IMG/VR virus record: IMGVR_UViG_3300032167_000064
Coordinates: 1 to 64,000 of that record
Length of the DNA: 64,000 bases
Source of the DNA: an uncultured virus (IMG/VR IMGVR_UViG_3300032167_000064)
Lineage: Duplodnaviria > Heunggongvirae > Uroviricota > Caudoviricetes
Strand: one strand, 5' to 3'
Below, in pieces: positions 10,107 through 20,925 of the stretch. A program made the position numbers and the translations under genes. How positions within the stretch are numbered: the first letter of the stretch is position 1; each line of letters opens with the position of its first letter. Below the pieces are notes generated by a model. It had not been told where the DNA came from. It did not search any database and saw only the letters and a list, made by a program, of their open reading frames with translations.

Positions 10107-10131
10107 TAAAATAATAGAAAGGAAAAATATT

Positions 10132-10674
10132 ATGGCAGATGTAAATTTATCGGAAGTTGTAAAAGTAACAAATAATACTGACTTAAGTTTTGAGATCGGT
10201 GGAGTTAATGTTCCTATAGGACAAATTTTGGGAGAAAAGTTAGTTGCTTCTCTCATGGAAAGAATTACAGATGAAGAGTTTGAAGTTATTTATAAATATA
10301 TGCATGATCAGACTTGGAAAAAAGATTATTGTGGGGAGAAAGTTATTCTGAATTATACAAAGAAGGATAATTATTATAATACTCAAAGTACACCACCAAC
10401 TATTGCTACATATGCTGAAAATCTTTTATCAGAAAAAATGAAAGAAAGAATCAAAGCTAAAGTAGAAGAAATAACTTCATCTGAAGAATTCTTATCTAAG
10501 GCAGACCAGATTGCTCAAGAGATTGTAGATTATGCTACAGAAGGTTATAAGAAAGATATGAAAGCAAGAGTATATGAACGTCTTGTTGCTAATACTGTAG
10601 ATGCATCTCCTTGTTATGGTGGTGTGGATTTGAGATCTATTATCTTTCAATGTATTAATGATAGATTACGATAA
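10132..10674 (+). CDS. Hypothetical protein
   Basis: SD gaaagga. Confidence 0.65.
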   Translation: MADVNLSEVVKVTNNTDLSFEIGGVNVPIGQILGEKLVASLMERITDEEFEVIYKYMHDQTWKKDYCGEKVILNYTKKDNYYNTQSTPPTIATYAENLLSEKMKERIKAKVEEITSSEEFLSKADQIAQEIVDYATEGYKKDMKARVYERLVANTVDASPCYGGVDLRSIIFQCINDRLR

Positions 10675-10812
10675 TATCAATATAATAATCCCTAGGGTAT
10701 TATCTACCCTAGGGATATTAGTTTCATTTCAATTTCATAAAAATTCCCTCTAGAGATTTCTCTCTAGAGGGAACATTATTATTCTTTATAACCCGCTGCT
10801 ATAATCAGCAAA

Positions 10813-12555
10813 TTATGCACGTCCCTGAGGATTCAAGATCTGGATACGGCTCTGTACAGGCTGATATTCCTTCATCAAGAATCTCTCAAAGCTGTGAATT
10901 GCAGGCAGAGAAGGATTAGCAGCATTACGGATCTCGTTAGAGATGTACATCTGGTAATCATATAATCTGTAGCAGATTCTTTCAGTGTTACGAGGATTCA
11001 AGATAATCATCAACTCGTTGGTATTTCTGTACTTGTCAGATCCTACGAAGTTGTATACTCTGTGATCCTTGGTGTTAACGATGGTCTGAGTGTAATCAAG
11101 AGTTACAGGACCAATGTTAGCAGGAGCCTGGTAAGCATACTCTGTAGGAGTGATCTTTCTTACGATACGAGGATCACCAACGATAGAAACAGTCATGTTA
11201 GGATCGTTGAGAACCTGAAGCATCTTAGTTACAAGGTCATCCAAGTAATCCATGAAAGTAGCATGACGGAAAGTTACCCAATCAAGAGCATAGCCCTCAT
11301 TAGGAGCAAAGTCAAAGCTGCCCTGGAAGCTTGTTCTTTCATCCATTCTTTCGAATGAAGCGTCGAAGAACTTCTTCATCTTCATATCTTTGTACTCAGA
11401 CAATACAGTCTTAGTCATAGACATGATCTTAGTTACCTGGTTTGCATCATACATAGCAGATACATCCTTAACTTCTTCAGGAGATACGGTTGTATTGATA
11501 GGAGTTGCTTCCGGAATCTCAACGTAGTCAGAATCAACTTTCCACTTAACAGATACCATATCAAGCTGAGCGTTAGAAGTATTCAACTTAGCAGCAAGCT
11601 TAACCTTAGAGATCTTGCCCTGAAGAGTATTGATACCGATCTTACCATTGTTCATAGAACCGAAGATAGTATCAGTCAATACTGCAACGCCACCGTTAGC
11701 GTCAGTCTTATACTTGATAGTGATAGGCTGATTTAATACACGCTCGTTACGGTTAGGTCCACCGTAAGAAGGAGTGAAAGGAATGCTGCAATGGAACCAA
11801 AGGTTCTTCATACCAGCATCAGCTGCAGTAGCAAGTTCAGTCTTATTGCTGTACCAACCATTAGCATCCGGCATATGGTCACCTTCAGCGATATATACAT
11901 TTTCTACATAGATACCACAGATGTGAGTTACAGAACTCAATTCATCAGTAGTAGTTCCACCGAGCTTACCGATAATATCAGTAGTACCAGTTTCAGGAAG
12001 AGATAACTCAAATTCCTTAGTAGGTGCTGTAGCATCGATAGCATCAGCGATTCTGTTCTGCTCTAAGAACATATCGATTTCTTCACCTTCCGGAGTAACG
12101 AGGATACGTCTTTCCATAGAAATGGTGAAAGAAGGCTGCACTGCAGTTACTCTCTGAACTACGTTACCCTGAGAGAATACGTTGTTCATAAGGATTAATT
12201 TATGGATAGGCAATGCCATACCAACCATAGGAGAATACTCTGTCTGGTAAGCGTTTTCCTGCATAGCATGGATATCGTTCTCAAACATAGCTTCTACATC
12301 TTCATGCATCTCTTCGAGCTGCTCAGAAGTTAAAGTTTCATTGTTATCGTCGATGAAGTTTTCACAGAAGAATTCCTTCAAAGCGTCTTTTGCTCCAGCG
12401 GAGCGAATTGTACGGGTAGGTTCTGCAAAGAAATCATAGTTCTCTACTGTAAGAATAGAGTTTGCAGCTTCAGTAAAAGCTTTACCGTAAGCATACAAAG
12501 GATCGTTTCTGTAAGCAGTTCCGCCGATCGTTTTCTGTCTAGTTCCTGCGATCAT
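10813..12555 (-). CDS. Probable major capsid protein
   Basis: 580 aa; strongest codon bias in window; acidic N-terminal prodomain ending near MQE-N; P..GMALP....N....VQP pattern of gp23-like capsids; late-promoter-like 12654-12665. Confidence 0.65.
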   Translation of the reverse strand: MIAGTRQKTIGGTAYRNDPLYAYGKAFTEAANSILTVENYDFFAEPTRTIRSAGAKDALKEFFCENFIDDNNETLTSEQLEEMHEDVEAMFENDIHAMQENAYQTEYSPMVGMALPIHKLILMNNVFSQGNVVQRVTAVQPSFTISMERRILVTPEGEEIDMFLEQNRIADAIDATAPTKEFELSLPETGTTDIIGKLGGTTTDELSSVTHICGIYVENVYIAEGDHMPDANGWYSNKTELATAADAGMKNLWFHCSIPFTPSYGGPNRNERVLNQPITIKYKTDANGGVAVLTDTIFGSMNNGKIGINTLQGKISKVKLAAKLNTSNAQLDMVSVKWKVDSDYVEIPEATPINTTVSPEEVKDVSAMYDANQVTKIMSMTKTVLSEYKDMKMKKFFDASFERMDERTSFQGSFDFAPNEGYALDWVTFRHATFMDYLDDLVTKMLQVLNDPNMTVSIVGDPRIVRKITPTEYAYQAPANIGPVTLDYTQTIVNTKDHRVYNFVGSDKYRNTNELMIILNPRNTERICYRLYDYQMYISNEIRNAANPSLPAIHSFERFLMKEYQPVQSRIQILNPQGRA

Positions 12556-12653
12556 TTGCTTGTCCTCCTTATAGGGTTTTAATATTGATATTTTTCATAT
12601 AATCAGTCAAAAATAGATTACTACGCAACTACCAGTTTGCGAGTACTATTTTT

Positions 12654-12665
12654 TATCATTATGTT
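12654..12665 (-). promoter_or_regulatory. AACA-N6-TA late-promoter-like motif (capsid gene)
   Basis: Same motif upstream of at least 9 structural/lysis/RNA loci. Confidence 0.65.
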
Positions 12666-12708
12666 CGGTGTTTTGATTTGATATTTCGAAGAATTTTTAC
12701 TCTTTTTC

Positions 12709-13356
12709 TTATTTATTACCTTTATCTTCGTTTTCTTTTGCAAATTTCTTTGCTATATCATCAAGAATTTCGGTTATAGACTTGATAATAGTCAAAAATC
12801 TTACAAAAGTAACATCGTTTTCTACATAAGATTTTGTAGGAAATACCATTGTAAGGTAATCAGAAATATAAACCTTTACATCGTATAATGATGTAGATAT
12901 TCTGGAGATAGTTTCAAGGTTATCTTCATTTATATCAAGTTTATTGATTCTTTCCAATATATCATCACAAGATGAATACAGATTAGAATATAAATTCTTC
13001 AATTCTTTAATCTTGATCTGTTGTTCTTCTGCTGTCAATGAAGCAAAGATATCAGTATTAGCTTCAATCTCTTCATCACCTTCTAACTCTTCACCTTCTT
13101 CACCAGGTTGCTGAGCAGTATTAGGATCTTCTGCAGCTGGATCTGCTTCTGCATTCTGCTGAGTTTCAGGATTTTCTTCAGCTTGCTGAGCAGCATCTTC
13201 TTCTGGAGAACTTCCATCATCTAATGATGTATCTATAGAAAAGTCATCATCAATACTTCCTTCCATATCTGCTGGAGAAGCAGAAGAAGTATTATCTTCC
13301 TCTGCCTCATGTACAGACTTTAAAGAAAGAATATCATATATAGATTGCATTCCCAT
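12709..13356 (-). CDS. Acidic head/scaffold-like protein
   Basis: D/E-rich disordered N-half, directly upstream of the capsid gene. Confidence 0.45.
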   Translation of the reverse strand: MGMQSIYDILSLKSVHEAEEDNTSSASPADMEGSIDDDFSIDTSLDDGSSPEEDAAQQAEENPETQQNAEADPAAEDPNTAQQPGEEGEELEGDEEIEANTDIFASLTAEEQQIKIKELKNLYSNLYSSCDDILERINKLDINEDNLETISRISTSLYDVKVYISDYLTMVFPTKSYVENDVTFVRFLTIIKSITEILDDIAKKFAKENEDKGNK

Positions 13357-13377
13357 AATTGATACTTTCCTTTCTTT

Positions 13378-16272
13378 TTATTTATCATCATTCTTACCTA
13401 CACCAATATCTGCAGGAAGAACTCTTTTTCCAGTTCTCAGATTATATCTGATTCTCTGATACTGTCTTTGTAATTCTTTCTTGTATTGAATAAGAGCTCT
13501 ATATTTCTTAATCTGATTATTACTATCAGCCATAGACATTTCTTTTTCTACAACTTCAAGTTCTGTTTCAATCTCATCAAGAATTAATAGTCTTTCTCTA
13601 TCATTGAGCTTCTTAGAAACTGCTAATCCACCCATTGCTACAATAATAGGAATTGTAACTCCATTGGTTAATACTCCCAATATAGTCAATCCTAATCCAG
13701 CCTTAATACATCTTGAGAAAGAAGGAATCAGAGATCCTTTTATAATAGCTTCTCTTCTATCAGAAACAAGAGCCCGTTTCATACTAGTAACTACAGATCT
13801 TACAGAATTGTCTAAATTTCTTGACATTTCTTTTTCTTTGTTACTCATATCTTTAAACTTCTGTCTTAATCCCATAAGACCAAGCTTGATATTATTTAAA
13901 TTAATAATAGGTCTCTTTCTTTCTTTTTGTTGAGAATCGTTCTGCTGATTAGATTCTTTCTCTTTAGAAACATCAGATTTGATATCTGTAGATTCATCAT
14001 TATCTTCTGTTTCATCTACACTATCTTCATCCTCAGGATCTTCTTCGTCTTCATCATCTTCACCATTATAATAGCCTTTCTGACGAAGTCTATCTTCAAG
14101 AGCTTTACCTCCAACTGCTGTAGGTGGTTTGGATGATGCTTCTTCTATAATATCCAAAAGATAACCGTATGCTTCAAGCTGAATATTAGATGGAACTTCT
14201 TCCTCTCTAGTCCAATTTTCTACTGCTTCGGATACTTTCTTTTCCTGCTTAGAAAGCATTACATAAGACTCGTTGATTACACCTTCTTCAATAGCTTTAT
14301 TGAACTGATAATCAGAGAATTTATCACCGAATACTTTTACAATATCACTATCAAGATTAAGATAACTCATAGCTTCAAGAGCAAGTGTAAAATGCTCATA
14401 GGTAAAATTATCAAACTTACTGAAGTCAAGAATCTGCTCTTCAATCGGAGCCATCATAAAACCATCATAAGTATTAAACTGACCTGAAGTTTCAACAAAA
14501 GTTTCCAGATACAAATCAATAGAAGAATCAAAATTATTTCTTACTTCGTTCATTTCTGATTCAGTAAGTTCAATTTCTGTAGTTTCTTTAATATTGATTT
14601 CTGCAATACCAGGATTGATAGTATAGTAAGCTCTCATAGTATCCATATTCTGAGAGATTAGTAAATCATTATATTCATTACATACAGTATCTAAGAACTG
14701 AGATAATTCATTTAATTCTGATTCAGTATAAGGATACTGTCGAACACATATACTCGCTTTACAATCTTCTCCAATATATGAATATATATTTTCTTTATAT
14801 TCAGCCATTTCTCCAAAGAGAATATTTTTAGTTCTAGAAACAAAGTTTTTGATCTTATTTTTAGCTGAATTGATAAACTTCTTTTCTTTAACTTTAAGAA
14901 ATTTATTAAGGTTAAAAGCAGCATTTACCAAGTTATGGAATTTAAAGATCTTATATTCATTAAGAGGTAAGCCTTCTCCAGTACTTGTATTAACAAACTT
15001 GATACTATCAAGGTTATTTCTACTGTATAGAATATCCTTAGTATAAGACAAAGAATCAATAGCAGGATTTAAAGCATTCTTAATAAAGCTTAAAGCTGCT
15101 GAAGAATATGCAGGATTTGAATTACCTACTAATTCCAATTCAGTCTTAATATTATCCATTTTATTAATGATTAATACAAGATCTTCTTTTGAATAATCTT
15201 CAACATTTTCTGCTCCATTATTGGCTACTAATTTAGTACAACCGGAAATATAATTGGGAATAATACCAAATGCTTTAAATACACCTTCATCTGATTCAAA
15301 TGTTTTATTCTTTACGAATCCCCAAAGTAAATAAATCAAATTTTCGATATTAGCAAGAATATCCTGTTTATTGGTATCATTCATAACTCTGTTAATCATA
15401 ACTGGCAAACTATTGTCTGATTTATTACAATTAACCAGATATCTATGAATAGCATCATTGATAGATTTATAAGGAGCAGTAGGATTTTCATCACTTGCTA
15501 ACATGACTTGAACTTTAGCAATATCTTCTTCTTCGAGAATGTAATTCTCATTTACAGCTCTCCTGAAGTTATTCAATTCATGTTCAGAAATATAAGGATT
15601 CTGAATAAGATAGAATTCTACAATACCTTTCAGTAGATTTTCTTTATTATAATCTACATGATTTTTCTCCAAGAGATAATAACACTCTTCGAATAACAAA
15701 TTCATTTTCTGATATTCTTTGATACGATAAGTATCAATCATATCGGCACAAGAATCAATAAAATACTTCAAACCAGCAGATCTGATTCTGTTACACTCTC
15801 TTTCAATATTAAATCTCTTTGAAATAGATTCATGATTCTTCAGAATTCTATCAGAAGCTGCAATAGCAGTACAATTTTCAAAAATAGTATTCTTCTGATC
15901 TTCTGTTAAATTTTCTCTTCTTTCCAAAGAGTTTACAACAGCTTCGATATTCTCCGTATAAGGGAGAATTCTGTCAACGTATTCTGCTAATATCCTATCA
16001 GAGATAACTGGGTCAACTGTGTTGAATGTTTCTAACAAATTGAAAATCTGATAATAATTGGAACTTGCATTCTGAGTGTTACATAAACTTTCGATAAAAG
16101 ATCTTAACAACTGCTGAGTATCAGCATTTCTACCATTCTTTTTGATTTCAATGCTTCGGTTAAGATTATTGAAAATTTTATTAGAATCTACTTTTGTAGA
16201 TTCTGTCACAGCCGAATTCAAGCATCGAGAACGCTTAAGAATAGTAGTATAATTTACTATCTTTCTAGACAT
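13378..16272 (-). CDS. Large putative virion structural protein
   Basis: 964 aa; late-promoter-like 16304-16315; acidic tract; C-terminal hydrophobic hairpin. Confidence 0.5.
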   Translation of the reverse strand: MSRKIVNYTTILKRSRCLNSAVTESTKVDSNKIFNNLNRSIEIKKNGRNADTQQLLRSFIESLCNTQNASSNYYQIFNLLETFNTVDPVISDRILAEYVDRILPYTENIEAVVNSLERRENLTEDQKNTIFENCTAIAASDRILKNHESISKRFNIERECNRIRSAGLKYFIDSCADMIDTYRIKEYQKMNLLFEECYYLLEKNHVDYNKENLLKGIVEFYLIQNPYISEHELNNFRRAVNENYILEEEDIAKVQVMLASDENPTAPYKSINDAIHRYLVNCNKSDNSLPVMINRVMNDTNKQDILANIENLIYLLWGFVKNKTFESDEGVFKAFGIIPNYISGCTKLVANNGAENVEDYSKEDLVLIINKMDNIKTELELVGNSNPAYSSAALSFIKNALNPAIDSLSYTKDILYSRNNLDSIKFVNTSTGEGLPLNEYKIFKFHNLVNAAFNLNKFLKVKEKKFINSAKNKIKNFVSRTKNILFGEMAEYKENIYSYIGEDCKASICVRQYPYTESELNELSQFLDTVCNEYNDLLISQNMDTMRAYYTINPGIAEINIKETTEIELTESEMNEVRNNFDSSIDLYLETFVETSGQFNTYDGFMMAPIEEQILDFSKFDNFTYEHFTLALEAMSYLNLDSDIVKVFGDKFSDYQFNKAIEEGVINESYVMLSKQEKKVSEAVENWTREEEVPSNIQLEAYGYLLDIIEEASSKPPTAVGGKALEDRLRQKGYYNGEDDEDEEDPEDEDSVDETEDNDESTDIKSDVSKEKESNQQNDSQQKERKRPIINLNNIKLGLMGLRQKFKDMSNKEKEMSRNLDNSVRSVVTSMKRALVSDRREAIIKGSLIPSFSRCIKAGLGLTILGVLTNGVTIPIIVAMGGLAVSKKLNDRERLLILDEIETELEVVEKEMSMADSNNQIKKYRALIQYKKELQRQYQRIRYNLRTGKRVLPADIGVGKNDDK

Positions 16273-16419
16273 TATAATCTCCTCCCTGTATAATAGGATA
16301 TTTTATAAGAGTGTTGAATCTTACCGTACTACAATTTATTATTTATTCTTATAATCACTTTTAAATAATATAATAAATGATATTATATTAAATAAAAATC
16401 ATAGGTAAGGAGAATAATA

Positions 16420-16602
16420 ATGAGTAGCCGTAAAGAAGATCTGCAAAAGAAAATTAGTAACCTGAGAAAGGAATACAATAAGCTGGAAAAGCTTAAAGAA
16501 AAGCAGGAAGATAATGGTATATTTGATCCTGCTATAGAAAAGCAGATTGATGATATCTATGAAGAAATTGCTAATCTTGATAAAGAATTACAGGAATTGT
16601 AA
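16420..16602 (+). CDS. Small coiled-coil protein
   Basis: SD aaggag, heptad pattern. Confidence 0.6.
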   Translation: MSSRKEDLQKKISNLRKEYNKLEKLKEKQEDNGIFDPAIEKQIDDIYEEIANLDKELQEL

Positions 16603-16668
16603 ATCATATACATATACCCAGTAAGGTATAATCCTTACTGGGATTTTAATTTGATAAGCTCAAGGATC

Positions 16669-16680
16669 AACATTGATATA
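16669..16680 (+). promoter_or_regulatory. AACA-N6-TA late-promoter-like motif (protease)
   Basis: AACA-TTGATA-TA. Confidence 0.65.
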
Positions 16681-16722
16681 ATTGAATAAAACTCGAATTT
16701 TATCGAAAGGAGCTTATCAAAG

Positions 16723-17595
16723 ATGATTAATTCAAAGATTGGTTATATCATCTGCGAATCTATGGGAGAACCATCTGCTGTTTTACAACCGAAGACAATT
16801 AATGGTAAAGTAGTTGCAGAATGTATTCTTCAGACAGCAGATGAAAAGAATAGAAACGGTAGATTCTATGCTCACGAAGAATTATTTCCTCAGATAACAG
16901 CACCTAGAACTTTAGAGTTGCTTCATAGTGGAACATTAAAAGCTGAATGTGGACATCCTTTATCCAAAGATCTTCAGAGACAGAGTACAATTGATGATAC
17001 AAAGACATGTGCTCGCTTCTTGAAGTTATGGATTGATGGTATGAATATTATGGCTCATGTGGTTGGAACTAACAATGATCTTGGTAGAGCATTTGACCTG
17101 GATCTTAAAGAAGGTATTCTCCCTGCATGGTCATTAAGAGCTTTAGGTTCTATTACACAGACTCGTAGAGGTGCAGAGGTTAAGAATTTGAGAGTTATTA
17201 CTTGGGATAATGTAATTTATCCTTCTCACCCTGGTGCTTATACTCAGAAGCTTGTTACAGAATCAGGTATTGTACTTGGTGGAAGTACTGTTCAGGAAAC
17301 AAACGACATGAGTCCTAGTGGAATTATTATTCCTATTACCAACGAACAGGTTCTTAGATTCATTCAGACAGAATCTGCTAACTTGAAGTTTGTTAGAGAA
17401 TGTTTTGATTTCGCTTATTCTGGAATTAAAGTTAATGAATCTGGATCTAAGGTTCTTCTTACAACTAATGAAGGTGATACATTGGTTGTTAATATTGAAT
17501 CTTATATTCATGATGAATTGATGAGATATGATAAGAGTTACAGACAGATCTCTGAAGCAGATGAACAGAATTTCAAGTTTAGTATCTTAAAATAA
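16723..17595 (+). CDS. Prohead core protease (T4 gp21-like)
   Basis: LQTADEKNRNGRFY, AECGHP, WSLRALGS, WDNVIYPS motifs. Confidence 0.85.
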   Translation: MINSKIGYIICESMGEPSAVLQPKTINGKVVAECILQTADEKNRNGRFYAHEELFPQITAPRTLELLHSGTLKAECGHPLSKDLQRQSTIDDTKTCARFLKLWIDGMNIMAHVVGTNNDLGRAFDLDLKEGILPAWSLRALGSITQTRRGAEVKNLRVITWDNVIYPSHPGAYTQKLVTESGIVLGGSTVQETNDMSPSGIIIPITNEQVLRFIQTESANLKFVRECFDFAYSGIKVNESGSKVLLTTNEGDTLVVNIESYIHDELMRYDKSYRQISEADEQNFKFSILK

Positions 17596-17654
17596 ACAAA
17601 TAGTACCACTAGACGTAAAAGTCTAGTGGTATTTTATTTTATTAAACATTGGTG

Positions 17655-17858
17655 TAAAGGAAATTATGCTCGGTAGAAAGAATGTCCGTTTCTGAAAAGG
17701 TGTGTATAAAGTTTGTAGGAATCGACGTAGGTTCATTTCTATGAATTTCTCCTGAATAGGTGTTGAAAATTGCAAAATTGCTGAACTCTTGCCATGGTTT
17801 AGTAAAAACTCCGAGTATATTTTTTGTAGCTGGTGAAGACTGAGTGTAATTTCCTTTA
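17655..17858 (+). ncRNA. Unassigned ~200-nt structured RNA
   Basis: 20-bp closing stem 17655-17674/17839-17858 with G-U pairs only on + strand; AACA-N6-TA ends at the stem start; flanked by hairpins; no ORF in the track. Confidence 0.55.
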
Positions 17859-17960
17859 ACTCTTTAAAAAATAAGTTGCTGGTAGAGGTAAAACTCTACC
17901 AGCCTTTTAATTGGAACATTGTAATAAATTGATAAGACTATCAAAAGGAGGTTATGATCT

Positions 17961-18755
17961 ATGGCATTAGCAAATAGTATGACATTATTATTGGACAAAA
18001 TAGAACGTAGATTAGGTCTAATCCCATTATCACAGTTTTTGCCCGAAAATATGCAGAAACCTAAATGGGCTGATGTTATTCAACAGGATACATTAGTTGA
18101 ATTTTCACGCTATTTCCCTAATCAGTTCAAAATGATTATTAATGATGAGAGTTGCAATAAAAAGCTTGACAAAGATACAAATACTATGTGGTATTACATT
18201 AAAGATGAAGTATTACAAGGTGCTAAGTTATTAGGATTAAAAGATATTGATTGGACTGATGTATCAGCTGCAAATAGCTCAATGACTAATGGTAGCATTG
18301 GTACATATTACTATCCATCTGGAATGCCTTGTATCGAAGCTACATTTGAATCTGTATTGGGATTACAGATGGCTGCTGATACAGCTTCATTATACAATAG
18401 AGGGATTTATATTGACTTCCAGTATCCTAATAGATTCTGCTTGAAAGGTTTAGCTAATACAAATTACGACTTATCGAGTTTTGTTGTAGTATTGTTAGTT
18501 GAACATGCTTCTTTAAATACTATCTCACCTACAATGATGAGTATATTTGAAGAATTGGCACAGGCAGATATTGCTAACTACTTGTATATGAACTTGAGAT
18601 ATTATGATGGTATTGATACGGCTTATATTAATATTGATCTCAAGTTGAATGAGTTGCAGGAAATCGCTAATAAGAGGGAGAGTATAATTGAAGAATTGAA
18701 AAACAGTTATGTTTCTGCTTCTAACTCAGCTATTCCTTATATTTGGTCTGTATAA
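17961..18755 (+). CDS. Putative virion (neck/head-completion-like) protein
   Basis: Late-promoter-like 17915-17926; near protease; function is a guess. Confidence 0.4.
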   Translation: MALANSMTLLLDKIERRLGLIPLSQFLPENMQKPKWADVIQQDTLVEFSRYFPNQFKMIINDESCNKKLDKDTNTMWYYIKDEVLQGAKLLGLKDIDWTDVSAANSSMTNGSIGTYYYPSGMPCIEATFESVLGLQMAADTASLYNRGIYIDFQYPNRFCLKGLANTNYDLSSFVVVLLVEHASLNTISPTMMSIFEELAQADIANYLYMNLRYYDGIDTAYINIDLKLNELQEIANKRESIIEELKNSYVSASNSAIPYIWSV

Positions 18756-18769
18756 GGAGGTAGCTAGCA

Positions 18770-19219
18770 ATGAAAAATGATACTATGTATAAGCTCTCTT
18801 ATGGTGCTGAAAAATTGAAGACAGTTAAAGAGAAAATTATCGAAGATATCAAAACGATCAATGCTGCTATGAAAAATATATACAGTAATAACTGTGTAAT
18901 CGTGGTACTTTCTCCATGTAATAAACATGGAGAAATAAACCATGAATGTACTATTCATATCTACGATAATTTTTTAGAAGCAAATCCGTTGCTAAATCAG
19001 GAGCAATATTCTGATGATAAAAATATCTCAGTAATTCAATACGATCTTAAACATGATAAGTTTTTGTTTATTCTGTTAAAGACATATGATACTCGGAATT
19101 ACAAGAGATTAAACAAACGACAGATACAAAAGATGTTTAGTGATTTGGAATTAGAATCCAAAGTACTATTTTTATACAATCAATTACAAACGAAAATTAT
19201 ACTTCACAAATCAGTTTAA
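18770..19219 (+). CDS. Hypothetical protein, paralog of 19481..19930
   Basis: CVIVVLSPCNKHG..IHIYDNF vs CVVVVIKNCDIHG..IHVFADF; both 149 aa. Confidence 0.65.
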   Translation: MKNDTMYKLSYGAEKLKTVKEKIIEDIKTINAAMKNIYSNNCVIVVLSPCNKHGEINHECTIHIYDNFLEANPLLNQEQYSDDKNISVIQYDLKHDKFLFILLKTYDTRNYKRLNKRQIQKMFSDLELESKVLFLYNQLQTKIILHKSV

Positions 19220-19287
19220 TATAAAGGTCCCTAGTAGAGAAAATCTACTAGGGACTATTTCTTTAAAATGTAAAAGTGCTATTTTTT

Positions 19288-19307
19288 AATTATATATTAT
19301 AATTATG
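19288..19307 (+). promoter_or_regulatory. Early-promoter-like motif AATTATATATTATAATTATG
   Basis: Identical copy at 48356-48375; variants at 771, 24895, 33903, 39781. Confidence 0.6.
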
Positions 19308-19346
19308 AATCAACCAATGATAATCTCAAAACATGGAGGTGTAAAT

Positions 19347-19484
19347 ATGAGAAATGGAAGATTTGGAAGAATTGAAACTGTAAAAAAGAATGCTGAGCAG
19401 CCAACTGAAGAGGAAATCAGAAGACGAATAAAAGATGCTCAGATAGCTAAGAAATTATTAATTTATAAGGAGAATACAAAATGA
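19347..19484 (+). CDS. Small protein (45 aa)
   Basis: SD ggaggt; ATGA overlap with next gene. Confidence 0.55.
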   Translation: MRNGRFGRIETVKKNAEQPTEEEIRRRIKDAQIAKKLLIYKENTK

Positions 19485-19930
19485 AAAATATCAAATTTGA
19501 AAATTTACATTGGGATGCTTCTTGGAATTCAGAAGGAGTTCAGGAAGACATCGAGTTCCGGCTTGGGAAAATTGCTAACGAAATGTCCAAGGAATATACT
19601 GTTTCTTGTGTAGTTGTAGTTATTAAGAATTGTGATATTCATGGTACATATGATACTATGGATATTCATGTATTTGCAGACTTTGGCGACGCAAATAATC
19701 TGCTTAATAGTGAGATGTATGAGTCTTATCATGCTCTTGACATTTATCATTATAATTGTTTGAAAAACGAGTTTACTCTTGTCATGGACAAACCTCATGA
19801 TAGTTTCAAGTTTGGACGGCTTGCTTGTATTAATACACAGAAAATGTTTGATGGGCAGTTTGTAACAAGAATGAGGAAAGTATTTGATATGAAGAATACT
19901 AACGTTACACTTCATTGTATGAAGTTGTAA
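19481..19930 (+). CDS. Hypothetical protein, paralog of 18770..19219
   Basis: Shared motifs with the paralog. Confidence 0.65.
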   Translation: MKNIKFENLHWDASWNSEGVQEDIEFRLGKIANEMSKEYTVSCVVVVIKNCDIHGTYDTMDIHVFADFGDANNLLNSEMYESYHALDIYHYNCLKNEFTLVMDKPHDSFKFGRLACINTQKMFDGQFVTRMRKVFDMKNTNVTLHCMKL

Positions 19931-19992
19931 TCTTCATTATATTTTCCAAAGTAGATCGGTAAGGTGCACAAAACACCTTACCGATTTATTTT

Positions 19993-20925
19993 TTATTTTC
20001 TTTTATCAAAGATAAACTTTTTAGTTGTACAACCAGCAGCGTGCATATGTCCACCACCCTTAGGGTCAATAGACTGAGCAATCTTATAACAATTAGCTCC
20101 CTTTTCTGCATCAGAATAGAAACTATATTCCCACAGACCATCTTTTGTGTAATGGAAACTGCAAACGAAATCGTATTCTTTTACTTTATTTCCAAACCAA
20201 GGAGATCCACCAAGAATCATATTCATACAGAGACCTTTCTTACCATCAATCTCATATTCGAAAGCACCAGAATTGACAGCACATTCGCCCATAGAATCTC
20301 TATACTTCTTACAAATCTGTCCTACTTTTAAAACTTCTTCAATATCATGCTTGCTGGTAAACAATTCATCCCATCTTTTATCAATAGGATACTGAATAGA
20401 TTCAGCATCAAGACCTAATTTGAACCATTCAGTCTTCTCTCCATATTCATATCTCCATACATCATTATCATGAACATATCTTACTAACAATGGAGCAAAT
20501 TTGTAGAGAGATTCACATTTCTTCTGGTCAATATTTTTCAACCATTTCTCTCTTTCATCAGCTGCCTGGTATTCTGATAAATAAAAGTAAATATATGTAA
20601 GCATACAAGCTGCTGTACCATTAACTCTTAAGCCAGGAATAGATTCACCAAATTTACCATACTTCTCGATAGAAGAAATATGATGATCAATCCAAATTAC
20701 ATCCTTAGTGATTTCTAATAATTTCTTCATATCATCAGGACCATTTTCAAAACTAAAGTCACAAATAACAACTTTTTCATCTTTCTGAATTTTATTCAAG
20801 AAATCTGAGCCTTTTCTATAATCTGTCATGATAATGTCATTCATATCAGTGATATTGAATTTCTTTGCTACTAAGAATGCTGATACTTTACCATCAGCAT
20901 CTGCAGAATGTGATATAATTTTCAT
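19993..20925 (-). CDS. DHH/DHHA1 phosphoesterase
   Basis: HSADADG, CDFS, WIDHH, GGGHMHAAG. Confidence 0.9.
   Translation of the reverse strand: MKIISHSADADGKVSAFLVAKKFNITDMNDIIMTDYRKGSDFLNKIQKDEKVVICDFSFENGPDDMKKLLEITKDVIWIDHHISSIEKYGKFGESIPGLRVNGTAACMLTYIYFYLSEYQAADEREKWLKNIDQKKCESLYKFAPLLVRYVHDNDVWRYEYGEKTEWFKLGLDAESIQYPIDKRWDELFTSKHDIEEVLKVGQICKKYRDSMGECAVNSGAFEYEIDGKKGLCMNMILGGSPWFGNKVKEYDFVCSFHYTKDGLWEYSFYSDAEKGANCYKIAQSIDPKGGGHMHAAGCTTKKFIFDKRK

Noticed and set aside
14661..14671. GTAAATCATTA, a one-mismatch copy of the cassette site
   Set aside because: Mismatch at the invariant terminal base and inside a non-fibre 964-aa gene; consistent with chance.
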